Source: Chara braunii (taxonomy: Eukaryota; Plantae; Charophyceae). Taken from it: a DNA stretch of 64,000 nucleotides. The notes under the pieces were generated by a model. The model ran no database searches and had not been told where the DNA came from. It saw only the letters and a program-made list of their open reading frames with translations. The position numbers were made by a program, and so were the translations under genes. How positions within the stretch are numbered: position 1 is the stretch's first letter; each line of letters starts with the position of its first letter. The DNA lies in contig BFEA01000027.1 in the NCBI GenBank assembly GCA_003427395.1, positions 4,603,630-4,667,629 on the forward strand. Reading direction: 5' to 3'. This document shows positions 1-13,590 of this stretch, piece after piece.

Positions 1-299
1 CCCCAGTTCGTAAAACACAGTAACCAGAGCGTTATTAGTTGCTTTTATTATTACATTTAGGTTTTGTGGCGTTTTGAAAAACCTAAAACATGGATGGATC
101 ATGGATTAGTAATTTAGTACTAGCGTTATGTCCAACATGTCTGATTTCTGGAAAACAGAAACACTTGGTTTCCATATTATCCATAAGCTTCACTTTATTT
201 AAAGCACCGCTACCTCCAACGTCGAAAATTCCAGTTTACCGGCCATGCAGACCAAGTTTTACGAGGGGTCGGTGACTGCCTGGTGCAGGCAGGTCCACT

Positions 300-787
300 C
301 CTGGAATTATCAAGTTTGCGCTCACAAGAATGGACAACAAAAACTGAAACTTCTGAGATCTGGTGGATTAGATTGTGATCGTTCCCAGAAAAATATCAGA
401 AAATTTGAGAAAAATGAAAAAAAAAAGACCATGAAATAAATCCTGTGCCGATTCGTCGAATTTCCCATTTTTGCCACTCTATGACGTTTGGGCCAACAAT
501 TCCAAATACCCAACTTCCGTAATCTTTTGCGCTCAGAAGAATGCCCAAAAAAAATCTGAAAATTGGAGAGTGTAGATTTGGTCGTGATCTGTCCAAGGAA
601 AACATTGGAAAAAAAAAAATAAAAAATTTAGACCGTGAAATAAATGCCGCGCCTATTTGTCTCATTTTCCATTTTTGCCACTCTACCACGTGTGGGCCAA
701 CGGGAAAAGTACCCAAACTTCAGTGAATCTGGAAATTGGAGGGTTCGTAGATTTGATCGTAAATTCGTAATCTTTCCAGGAAAAGTA
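300..787. repeat. Degenerate ~205-bp tandem repeat; family also seen near 1620-1650 and 40430-41100
   Basis: Recurrent tttgcgctca.aagaatg, gacc.tgaaataaat and ccatttttgccactct blocks. Confidence 0.65.
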
Positions 788-791
788 TTAA

Positions 792-1566
792 AACCACTAG
801 TACCTCCGCCAGTTTTGGGAAATTATGATGTTTTGCCAGTTCCCGAAGTTATCGGGGGTGGGACACAGGGTCGGCACTGTCCCATAAATCAGATTTTTAT
901 ATTGCCCGCGAGTGAAAGAAAAACAAAAAAAAGAAAATACTATCTCTACTGCAATGATGTGGGGCAGGGTAGTCTTGGGGGCCGTGCTCAGAGTCTTCCT
1001 CCACAGAATGCACCTTACCGGTAAGGCGGCCACATTCTGGATGTTGCCGTTTTTTTTTTTTGTTTTTTTTTTTTTTACTCGTGTTTCTTATAAGTCCCCT
1101 GCCAATGAGGAGGCAGGGGGGAATCCGTGAATTGCTCAAGCCGTCCGTGATCTGCTCAAGCTGTGTTTTGTCAGAGGATTGTAACACTCATCACACTGAT
1201 ACTAAGTGGAATGTATCAAGCCATTTTCACGGCCGGATCCGTGTGCCCGTTTCTTCCGCCTTCTTTTCTCTTTCTCGAATCTGACAACCTGGCCACGGGG
1301 ACGAGATGCCCTCGCTGACGGCACACTCACACTACCACTTCCAAGAATGTATACAACTGCAGTCACGACCAAAAGCTTTGTTTCGTTTTTTTTTGTTTTT
1401 TTTTTTTCCTGAGATCACGGCCGCAACTTTTCTTCTTCTTCTTTTTTTCTTTTTTGTTCTTTCCGTGAGAGTACCAGGAAGAAAACGGAGTGGTACCCAG
1501 GCTCGGCAAACTCGGAGCGCAGTGAAATTCAGGGTCGGCAAAAACAGGCTCGGAGGTACTAGCGGT
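792..1566. mobile_element. Non-autonomous TIR DNA transposon (MITE-like) flanked by TTAA
   Basis: TTAA-aaccactagtacctccg ... cggaggtactagcggt-TTAA; no coding capacity; interrupts a ~205-bp repeat family. Confidence 0.6.
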
Positions 1567-2110
1567 TTAAGATAATTGAAAAACTTGTTTCAACCGCAGA
1601 ATAAGTCGTGGTGGCAATTCAACGCATTTTCCATTTTTGCCACTCTGCCGGTTCTTCCCACTGTGCTACAGGTAGCCCTCATGAACCTGTGCTACCGGTC
1701 TGAATTTAGGATGGCGGGGGTAGTGAAGGTTATAATTTTAGACAAAGAATTCCCTCTTCAAGGAAGCCTCACGCCGTTTGGTCAAATCGCCACAAAACCA
1801 TTGACGCCAGCACGTCGTAAGTATGATTTTTTTTTGGCCGACAACCAGCGAAGGTGTTTTTATTTGAGCGATTACACGACATCCGGATAAACCAAATCAT
1901 ATTTGACCTTTGGAAAATCCATATGCGCTTCAAATTCACAAATCCCATTGATTGAAAAAAATTGCAGATAAAAAAATTGCAGATAAAAAAATTGCAGATC
2001 TGTCCATCTTTGTTATGTCTGGATATGGCGAGTTTCTACCAAACCGGAGCAGGACGGGGAAAAGAATGACAGATGCACTAGACAGGGGAAATCGTGTTGG
2101 AGAGGCAAAC

Positions 2111-2212
2111 CTTCTCTTCTGCGAGCTCCTTCTCCAGGCTTGAAGCTATAGCTTCGGCCTGCAGACGGTGTCCCTCCGTAGCTCGCTGCTCCTCATCCAT
2201 CCTGACCATAAC
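2111..2212 (-). CDS. TBC gene exon 16 ([34 protein letters not shown])
   Basis: gacag| ... |gtttgc; resembles the family V..R.E.EQ..TE..R..AE motif; no stop reached. Confidence 0.87.
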
Positions 2213-2666
2213 CTGTCCGTTTTCATCCCAAACAGCCACAACAAGCACCAATACCTTCAATAAAACAGCCCCCAGGAATTATCATCGGAATTGACTATCA
2301 ATTAAGGATCGCTTGAGAACGAACAAGTCTTCGAGCATCAATCACACTTCCACATGAGCGAACAAAGGGATTTCACGATGTCCTCATTCGGAAATCAGGC
2401 TCCCGCTAAGAAGAACTTCCACCTTTACTGCCTATGACAGACAAGGGAACATTTGAGGACAAAATAGCAATTTGGACTTGGGAGAGTTCAAAGGAATACG
2501 AAGCCCATTCTACAGGCCAAACACAGACTGGTAATGGAAATAGGCCTAAATATGCATATCGAGGGAGAAAGAAGGTGGAGAGCGAGAGAGAGAGGGAGAG
2601 AGAGAGAGAGNNNNNNNNNNNNNNNNNNNNNNNNNNNNNNNNNNNNNNNNNNNNNNNNNNNNNNNN

Positions 2667-2716
<50 letters not shown>

Positions 2717-5700
2717 ACGACCAATGCAGGGACACGGAGACTCCGTCAGCCGGATTCTAGGGACAGCTCCATAGAGATGAGAGCTAGCGGAGATTCATCC
2801 AAACTGCAGGAGACCAACAACTGCACCTTTCTCACCTCCGTCAGAGCCTTTGTATGGTCCTCCTTCTCCCTCAACAACTCCTTGGTGTCCTTAAGTTCAA
2901 TGTGCATGAGCTCAACCTGGTACACAATGACATAAACAGCAGCGCAAGCAGTTCAAATTCATTGCTGAGTATTTTACTTCACACTCCTCACAGGGCTCGA
3001 CATAATTGCAGTCCAAAGAGATGACGCATCAATAACAACATTAATATCCTATTCATTGATACAAATTTGAAAATTAGTTAAGCATTTTATTCAACAATGA
3101 TAGAGAGATTAGCAAATATAATTCATAAAACATTTTTTTTTTTTCTATTTGTTTTACTGATTTTATTCTTTTGTTTTCATTTGGTAAACATACAAAATAG
3201 AATCGTCCACAAATAGAAACGAACCATGCGTCTAGTCTTAAAAAAACGATAATTTTAATTAGTTTATTGATAAAATATTTACGATCATTGCAGACATCCT
3301 GCTTCGAATCGTTCCATCAAGTCAACAAGAAAGCGAAGCTTTTATTCCTAACAGAAATGGTGCAATTTCAGAAAATTTTATTTTTGTTATTCAAAATATA
3401 CGAGTTCGCATCTTATCAAGATATATTCATCTTATTAATAATGAGATACCATGCCCATGTTCATTCCTACGACATTTATAAACTGAGGTGAAGTCGTAAC
3501 AACAAGGTGGCTGTTGGCTGACCTGTGGCTGCATTAACTTCTTTCCAGCTGATTGCTCTTTCTTCAATGGGAAAATGGAAACGAGCACCATTCAAAGAGA
3601 GGAGCACAGCATAACTTTGCCCCCAACACACTACCATCATCTTCCCTTTAAAAAGTAGGAAAAAAAAAGAACAAGAATATTGCACGTAGCTCTCTCAAAA
3701 ATGCTATGCTGGTACAAATGATTGCGATCATTGTTCTTCTTCAACACAAGGGATTTCTTAGAGAACCTATGGCAGTATAAAAGATTGCAATCTTTGCCCT
3801 TCTCCTCCTCCTCCTCCTCGTCCTCCTCCTCCTTCCTCTTCTTCTTTGTGGGCATCGGACGGTTCTAGTCGCCATCACATGGCGAACAAGCATACCTGCT
3901 CTTTCAATGCTGCTCTCTCTTCATTCAACACTCGTTGTTGATCCCGCATGGCATTGAACTCCCGTAACCTGCGGAGAGTTATCTGGGAACGAATTAGAAA
4001 ATGCTGCTCCGATCTCGGAATAAGAAATCAATATTTGAGACAGAATTGCTTTTGCAAATGGCAGCCATCTACATTACGAATTCCGCACACACTGTCCAAG
4101 CGGGACCGTGCTCTGGCCTTCGGCCCTTTGTTTTGTGTGTCAAATTCGATACATGTACGAGTTCACCTTACTGAAATGTAATTGGCATAATCCGCAGGAA
4201 ACCAACATATGTCTGCGTAGGATCCTCAGAGACTATATGTGAAACAAATGGCAGTTGACCTCATGAATTTAGGACTCTTCGTGGCGATTCCATCCCACTA
4301 AAAACAAATATAAAGACGAAATAACTGCGTCTGTCCTTCCTTCATTCCCAACTTCGAAAAGAAGCTTCGAGCGTCCGGAAGTGGAACACATTACCTTTCC
4401 CCAAGGTGATGGCTTGGATCCTCCTCACAGTGCCAACACTTCCACATCATTCGCCTCAGGACCCTCACACATCTTATCGGGAGCCTAAATTTCCCTTCTC
4501 TTTTCCTCTCCCCCCTTTCAGGTATTTCATTCATCTACTTCCATCTGGATTCGAACGCAGGTCTGTGTTTCAACAGTTCATCGGCATACCAACTTGGATT
4601 GACACATTCTATCACAACCGTGAGAGATCCACGTCGATCACAAGCCTACTGCTTTCGGCTTAAGCCACAGCCCTCTACTCGGTCCCTCCTTTCAGAATGG
4701 TGGATCTCAGAGTATCCATAGTATCCATAGTACATTACCATGGTCGATCACAAGCCTACTGCTTTCGGCTTAAGCCACAGCCCTCTAACTCTAATGGAAT
4801 AAAACTTCAATAAATAAAACTTAGATAATAGATTATTAATATCTCCGCTCTGTCAGCAACAACAAGATGAGAAATATCTTGGTAAATACAGATGCAAGCA
4901 TATCGCACCAACAAATACTAGCATGAAAATGGCATTTGGGAAATCCGATCACCATAGTAGCATAAACAACCACTAATAATTGAAATGGGAGAAAGCAGGT
5001 GGTGGAAAGGAGTAGATAATCAGGGTCACAGTGAGACACAAGAATAGAAATCCCTAAGTACAATCGGGAAGTTTGGTTCTTTCTGCACGCTGGAACGTCC
5101 ACAGGGATTGCCGAGTGAGTGAGGCGTAAAACCAGGGAAGAACACAGTCCATATCACAGGCTTCTTCACCATGCCATCAAGATGCGAGTCGTACGATCAC
5201 CTGCTGATGACCTATAAGTTTTCATGTTTAGTACTATGGGATTCCTTCATTCGCATTCCCCGACGAGACATACCTCATTGATAATAACTGTTCAGCCTCC
5301 AATGCTCTAGCCAACTCTCCCTTTAGCCATTTCACCTACCACAAAAAAAGCATCAAAAGACCAGCATCATCCATGCCATGAGCAGAAAGATAGACGATAA
5401 TACTTCAACGTTAACTGACCGAGCAAAGAAAACTGCAAACTATAAGAACTTGCAATTCCATTATTCAAAAGCAGCTGCTGGCTGTATCCAAGACGGAAAA
5501 AAAGGATCACCCTTAAGCATCACATGACTGCCAATAGAACAGCAGGGGAAGCGATTCCATCTCTCTGCCAGGCAGCAGACAAAAAAGCGAAAACAAAAAT
5601 AGAGGACAATCATGACAAATCCAAGCCCAACAATCGTTCTAATTGCAGCGAGAGGAATAAGCCCGGAATCCATGCTGACGGTCCATGGCCGATGGCCATC

Positions 5701-8700
5701 AATCTGTTCTAAATAACTGACCAAATGTTAAGATTCTTCAGCAACAAAATGTCGATACTCGTCAGTAACTAAATGTTTATAACTTTATATTCTTCACCAA
5801 AGGGAAATACATGGAGTCCAACACCTTTACAACTGCCATCTCTTCTCAAACTCACAGAAGCACAATCATACGTCGTCATCAGGTTAGACCAAAGCACACA
5901 AGTGCAAACACACATGTGGGCAGGAGGGAGAAGAAATAGGACACTGGCAATGAGCCATCCACAAGAGTACACAGTGGAACTTTTCAAAATTATCTTCTTT
6001 TTCAGACAATGAGTAGGCAACACTTCCTGAACCCAGCAAGGAGTACCTGGGTGATAAGCTCAGTCACATCAAAAGATTCATCATCAGACCATGTGATCCT
6101 CTCCTCCTTTTTTCGGCCATCGTGCTCGACGGGCATCTTGTCTTCAATCAGAGGACTGCTCTTTGTGGAATCTTGCTGATGCCGATCGTCCTCACTCTCA
6201 GGCTCATAGTCAAATCTTCTACTCGTTGGTTCTGATTTATCATTGCGCTTCTCATCCGAGGTAGTTCTCCACCGTGAAAGTTCAATCGTCCTTGCCTCCA
6301 CACTCTCAAGCACAGATGGTCTGTACTCTTCGCGAACACTGCACAGGAGCTCCTCTGTAACATCCGCATAACCCATGCTTGCGATCAAAACAAGTTGGCT
6401 GCTATCAAATGTAGAACTTGCCATATTCTGCAGCACGCTGACCGCATCACCTACATCCTTGGTTGCCAATATCGCTTGGGCTGCAGATGAACAGACCAAA
6501 ACACAACAGAGCAACAAGAGGTTTAACGTATGGACGTACATAGCCGAGCTAGAACATATAGAAGGGCAATGCTGCCACAACAATCACTGCAACTACACCC
6601 AAATCCAGCCTAGCCAGACAAATAATTTGACTCTGAGTTGCACTTTTCAAAAGACATTTAGGAGCTCTTCGTAGTCAAGGAGATGACGAATTGCTTCCGA
6701 ATACGACAAGCTGACGACGCACACATACAGACAGCTGACTAGAGCGTACAGAAGACGAGAGATAACCAGTATGTTTCCAGCCTACCCTAGACTAACAGAA
6801 GAAAGTGAAACTGATCGAGTCAGGAGCTGAAGGGCAGGGTCTTGCAGAAATATGACTTTTGAGTCTTAACAAACAAACAAAAAAAGAATGAAAACCATTT
6901 CTCGATTTCTGTGTGTAATACTGTGTATTTTTATTATGCGGTGGTGCCTGTGCTGAAACGTGCAGTGGTGCCTGTGCTGAAACGTGCAGGTTTTTTATTT
7001 TTATTATTATTATTTTATGTTTTTTTGGGAGGGGGGACGGGGGGGGCGTATGACAGGAAGATAGGGATATAGCGAGGAGAGGGGGATATGGAGAGGTGGA
7101 GGAGGATGTGGACAAGGACGACGACGAGGATAGTGAGGACGACAAGGAGTCGTCGTCGAGATGGGGGATGAGAAGAGATGGATGGAGGGAAAAGAGGAAG
7201 GGCAGGAGGAGGAGGACGAGTGGGAGGAGGAGGAGACATGGACGGCGAGGAAGGGGAGGACACGAGGAAGGGCAGGAGACAAGGAGGCATGGAAGATGAG
7301 GACGTACGAGGATGAGGAAGGGCAGGAGGAGGACGAGTCGGAGGAGACGAAGAGGACAAGAGAGGAGGACACGAAGGATGAGGACGGGGAGGAGGAGCAA
7401 GGTGAGGCAGCACTCCTGTAAAAAAAAAAATCATCCCGATTATATTTTTGGTGGGGGGCCTCAAACGCACCGTTTTGACCCCCGGCCTTCTTGTTTTTTT
7501 TTCTGAGGGGGGTGACGGGTCGTTCCCCGCGCACGTCGTGCGCTGCACGGGATCGGTTGGGCGTGTGCGCCGCACGTAGGGAACCTTCCGCACAGCCTGC
7601 GCTTGCAAGTATGTTCCAATTGTAATAGATGTCCTGAAGCACATATATAGGACTCTCTCTTGGCAGCAAATTTTGTGACCTTTTGTTGAACATTTCCAGT
7701 ACACCCAAACAGGGTCCGCGCACTGCTTTTGGCAGCAAATTTTGTGCCCTTTTGTCGTACATTCCCAGTACACTGAAACAGGATGAGCCTGGACCTTGTC
7801 TTCTAATGGGAAAGTCGCGAAGTTGAAGAGCATCCTCNNNNNNNNNNNNNNNNNNNNNNNNNNNNNNNNNNNNNNNNNNNNNNNNNNNNNNNNNNNNNNN
7901 NNNNNNNNNNNNNNNNNNNNNNNNNNNNNNNNNNNNNNNNNNNNNNNNNNNNNNNNNNNNNNNNNNNNNNNNNNNNNNNNNNNNNNNNNNNNNNNNNNNN
8001 NNNNNNNNNNNNNNNNNNNNNNNNNNNNNNNNNNNNNNNNNNNNNNNNNNNNNNNNNNNNNNNNNNNNNNNNNNNNNNNNNNNNNNNNNNNNNNNNNNNN
8101 NNNNNNNNNNNNNNNNNNNNNNNNNNNNNNNNNNNNNNNNNNNNNNNNNNNNNNNNNNNNNNNNNNNNNNNNNNNNNNNNNNNNNNNNNNNNNNNNNNNN
8201 NNNNNNNNNNNNNNNNNNNNNNNNNNNNNNNNNNNNNNNNNNNNNNNNNNNNNNNNNNNNNNNNNNNNNNNNNNNNNNNNNNNNNNNNNNNNNNNNNNNN
8301 NNNNNNNNNNNNNNNNNNNNNNNNNNNNNNNNNNNNNNNNNNNNNNNNNNNNNNNNNNNNNNNNNNNNNNNNNNNNNNNNNNNNNNNNNNNNNNNNNNNN
8401 NNNNNNNNNNNNNNNNNNNNNNNNNNNNNNNNNNNNNNNNNNNNNNNNNNNNNNNNNNNNNNNNNNNNNNNNNNNNNNNNNNNNNNNNNNNNNNNNNNNN
8501 NNNNNNNNNNNNNNNNNNNNNNNNNNNNNNNNNNNNNNNNNNNNNNNNNNNNNNNNNNNNNNNNNNNNNNNNNNNNNNNNNNNNNNNNNNNNNNNNNNNN
8601 NNNNNNNNNNNNNNNNNNNNNNNNNNNNNNNNNNNNNNNNNNNNNNNNNNNNNNNNNNNNNNNNNNNNNNNNNNNNNNNNNNNNNNNNNNNNNNNNNNNN

Positions 8701-8717
8701 NNNNNNNNNNNNNNNNN

Positions 8718-8784
<67 letters not shown>

Positions 8785-11700
8785 CTAAACCATTTTAGGA
8801 AAGTGAGTGGAGGCAATGCTGCCAGGCAAGTCAAGGAAGCCGAATGATCATTGAAAAACTCCGTGGTGGCGTAAGCAGTACTGAGCACTCCCAATGAAGC
8901 AAATGAAGTGAGAAAGACATAATAGAAAGGGAAACAGATGAATGAAGGTCAAAAGTCAAAGACAGAGTGGAAACAATATCCATCGAGGCAATCCACCAAG
9001 ATGTCTAAGCATCAGGAAAGAGTGGAAGAAGTCGAGGCTTGTCGATCAGAAGCACTTTTTTCCAATGCGCTGTGCTGCCCAACCTTGAAAAAAAAAAACA
9101 CAAAAGTGGGTGCGAAATTGCCAGGCCCATCCAGCCTTTTCCGCGCAGCAGGCCAGATCTGTGATGTTGTGCCTGGTCGACTGCCCCAGGAACGAGATAG
9201 CTGGGAAATGTACAAGTGTTTTAAGACAAATTTTAGCTTCTTCTGTTCATTAACGTCACAAAATTGCACACGATTGTGAAACCCTGGTTCATGTTTCTGA
9301 ATGTGGTTGACTCAGCACAAACAATAAGGAGCCACGAGAAGGGATCAAGAGCCATTGGAATGCCAAACAATCCACACTCTATGGTGATGGTGCGCAATCA
9401 AACCCAGGCAGAATACTATTGAGACATCTTCACAGCAAGGCCAACGGTTATGATGTCAACAGTTGGAGGAAAAACCGAGAATGTAAATCTCTCTCCACAT
9501 TTTCAGCCATTAACACCTTCGATACTTTCTGGGCTGCCTAGGATGGCACCATCCACCTATCGATTTAGTCACCATAAGCCAACAGAGCACAAACTTCCAC
9601 TAGAGTACATCGTTTTCGCCATCAGAGGTCATGAGCCAACTAGAGTACATTGTTTTCGCATGACCTTGTCAGGACTAGACTATCTGCGGAAACCCCATAN
9701 NNNNNNNNNNNNNNNNNNNNNNNNNNNNNNNNNNNNNNNNNNNNNNNNNNNNNNNNNNNNNNNNNNNNNNNNNNNNNNNNNNNNNNNNNNNNNNNNNNNN
9801 NNNNNNNNNNNNNNNNNNNNNNNNNNNNNNNNNNNNNNNNNNNNNNNNNNNNNNNNNNNNNNNNNNNNNNNNNNNNNNNNNNNNNNNNNNNNNNNNNNNN
9901 NNNNNNNNNNNNNNNNNNNNNNNNNNNNNNNNNNNNNNNNNNNNNNNNNNNNNNNNNNNNNNNNNNNNNNNNNNNNNNNNNNNNNNNNNNNNNNNNNNNN
10001 NNNNNNNNNNNNNNNNNNNNNNNNCGCAAACTTCCACTAGAGGATTTCCGCAGATAGTCTAGTCCTGACAAGGTCATGCGGAGATACTACCCCTACAGAA
10101 CTACGCCTCAGAACCGAAGTACATCGCTTTCGCCATCAATCTGTTCAGATCAGTGGTTACAAGAAACTGAAATCAATTCGCATGGGCACAGTTGTGTGCA
10201 TTCTGCAAGAGAGGTCAACATATGTTCATTCCTACAAATTTCACGAAGGCCCCACTTTGTTCAACATGCTGCGATGACAATGATAGGGAAGCCTTAACCA
10301 TGTCAGCCATCATGAACCGGTTCCCTGAGCACCCCTTCCACATCCGAGCCTCTTCTCGCAGAGCCGGCTTTCCCCTGCGCACCAAGCTTTTCCAAACCAC
10401 CAGCACAGCGCTTTCTTTTTTCCTTTGGCTGGCGCCGCAAGCCATTTTCATCCTGCAGCCCCAAGCCTCGGAAATTCTGAAGCTCGCCTACGCGACGTAC
10501 TGGAGGTTTACCAACGTAAATCCCACCACTCCTCTTTGTCACCCTCCACCTCGTCGTCCTCCTCTGCCTATGTTCAACAAACTACTTTGATATTATGATC
10601 GGCACCAAGCAGTGCAAATTGTGGGAACATGGGGTGAGTAGTGGAGCACAACAGAGAGTATAAAAGGCCACCAATATCACCATCACCAGAACTATAGGAA
10701 ATCAGTCTGCTTTTCCTTACTAGCTCTTTCCTTCCCTCTCCCTGACCACCTGGAGATGCAACATTCATTGCCAGGGAAACAAATGGATCATCATCACCAG
10801 CACCACCACTCGCTTATGACAACTTGTCCTTGACATCCACGTTAATGAATCCCTTGGCCCCCAACCGAACGAGATCCATACCAGCCATCAGAATGGACTC
10901 TGCTAGAGAGGCAGTCCTAGGAAAAAGATTTGGGAAAAGACATAATCAGCATGTCTTCGATCCTTGACAGCTTAACAAAGATGCACTCTATTCTGGGCTC
11001 CAACACAAAGCCAAGCAAGTTTCTGAGTTCAAGGCAAAAAAACACAAAAGCCACACATAGAGAGATGAGGTAAAGCAAGTACACAAGGATAAATGTCAGC
11101 AGCCACCAACAGCATCAAGATACCTTCAGGGTCACGAGCGGTTGCCTTACCTTGCATATCTATGAGAGCTAGAGCAGTTCTAAATAGCATGCTTCGATTC
11201 CCTTCATACAAAAGTGCATCCCAAACTCGCAGAACTGCAAGAGAAGCCAAAACTGAATGTCAATATTGTACATCACGTGAACTGCAGAGGATCCAGAAAT
11301 TATTCACGCAAGCGGCAAGTCACCCACCCGCTGCATGAGTAGAGAATGTCGACAGTGATCATTAAACCCTCTGCTTCGTTCAAAATCTAGAGACTCAAAT
11401 GGTCGCCAACAATTACCTACCTGGGAAATTTGCCCTCTAAGTTTGCAGGAAGTTCGCGCCCAAGCTTGATAACCAGAGACACAGTGTTTCACCTTCAAGG
11501 ATGACGTTTTTCCAAGAACCAACTTTCCAAGAAGTCAAACTGTCCCCGATAAACTTCCCATAGTCAAAATTGAAAGACTGGGGGGAGAAGGTAACACAGC
11601 AGTAACAGCACCCATCAGTCCTCTTCAAAATTGAGCAATACAACGCAAGCAGGCACAGAAAATCATTTGAATTGCTTTCACTTTGACAAAAGGAACGAAA

Positions 11701-13556
11701 AGAACCACAGAAACCATATCCAATTGTCCTTTCCACTGAAAGAATGTTTCGAAAGGTACGGAGTGCCAGAAGTCGTTACACAACCCACCTGATTCCCATG
11801 GCAATACATTGACAAATACCGAAAGGAACCAAGGCCCGCTTATCCAAGCCACCTGCACTCCTAGTGAATCAAGATGAGAAACTGCACATTTGGCACCAAA
11901 ACCCACAAAACCGTAAACGAAATCTCTTAAGTATACACACAGTGTCACAGACCCATATTTGCAAAACTGTAAATGATACATATTTGACCATGTCAACGAG
12001 TACTACACACATCTACAGTGAGCGTAAACTCTAAGGAATAACGTGGTTAACAGGGACCCCCACTTTTTAGCCCATAGATTACTCCCCCAAGCACTGAAAA
12101 CAGCATTGAGAATTTTTTTTTTTTTCAGGTCTTTTTTTCGCCCTGTTTTCTTTTCAGTCAAGATTTCCACGTGTCAAGTTTGGTGTTTGTTGGAGCCTTG
12201 GAGATGATTGTTTTGGCTGGACCTCCCCCTGCCAATCACCAGGTAAGCGTCCGCCAACCTTCCACACGGCCTTCCTCACCGCCAGAGGACAACCCCTGCT
12301 CCAAGCAACCCCTACTGTACAAGGCACCCTTGTCAGCTTGGCACCTGCCTTCTTCACAAGCACCCACTGCTATGGCCCTGTGCCTGAAAGGTGTCTCTAC
12401 TTCATACAGCCAAGTGTTGACTTGATGATGCTGCACCATAACGATTACCTTCATCCAATTTTTTTTTCAACTGTGCCGTCCTCTCGACTTATATACAGAG
12501 GCGCGGACCCTTTTTCAGTAAGGAGGTCCTGCCGACCAAAAAGTTCCAAAGTCGAATCTACCAGGCCAAATCTGAATGGTTCGTCAACTGGGCCTCCTGG
12601 GCCTTGTTCCCTCAAACCCAGGACACAGGGCCTAACAGCCCTATACTACCTGCTGCAACCTCCAGGGGGCTCGCATAAGTGATTTAGAGGGGCAACTTTT
12701 GACTGGAGCACTACCCCAACATCATATTCTTCCGATGTAAATACACAAAAACGTGTCTTTAACTTTTTTTCTTCCTTTTTCCTTTTTTCCTTTGCTTCTG
12801 TTTTTCTTGTACTTTCTTGTACACGAGGTCCTGATTCCTCTTCTCCACACTATGTCACCTGGGTCCCTTGGCTGGGCATGCCAGGCCAGACAGCTGTGGA
12901 CCTGGACAGGCCAAAAGAAGGGGAAGAAATTGAAAGAAAAACTCTCTTCAGGCCAGATCTGTGGCCATGACCATTCAGAATCTGGCTTTATCTTTGAATG
13001 CCATCATGCTTCACCTACATGGCGCTTGGGGATGGTTTGAAATAGGTTAAAAAAAAAGGGGATAGGGCCTTTAGTCTTTAGGCTCTTTAGAAGGGTGTAC
13101 CTTAATTTAATTTCTCCTTCGCTTTCTTTTTTTTTCCCAACCAACAGTGCAAGGCTTGCCGATGCATCTGGAAGCTTTGGATGAGCAATGCACTGTGCAC
13201 CTCAATAGCTGGCGGCACCAGGCAAAAAGGAAAGAACAACGACTCACCAAATTGTGTTTTTTTGGTGTGCAGGGGAAACTCACCTCGCAGAAAAGACGCT
13301 TGGAGGTACTGGTGGTTTGAAAACAAATTTCTCTTAATTGCTGGAAAATGTGTCCAGGGTCCCTTGTAAATTTTACTCGCCAACAATTCCCAGCATGAGG
13401 GACCCTAAGTCGGAGGCATTGGCTGCTTCCTGAGACACAAGGACTATCTGTCCTCCATCCCTGTTCCTCGTGTTCTGCTAACTGTCCTTAGGACACACAT
13501 TCCAAGAGCCCCTGTGGGTTGCTCCTCAGCCCGGTCTGGCTGCCTGATTGTTATGT

Positions 13557-13590
<34 letters not shown>

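Noticed and set aside
6792-7833. Long overlapping ORFs of 200-270 aa
   Set aside because: They arise from GA-rich low complexity and short tandem repeats; no domain motifs.
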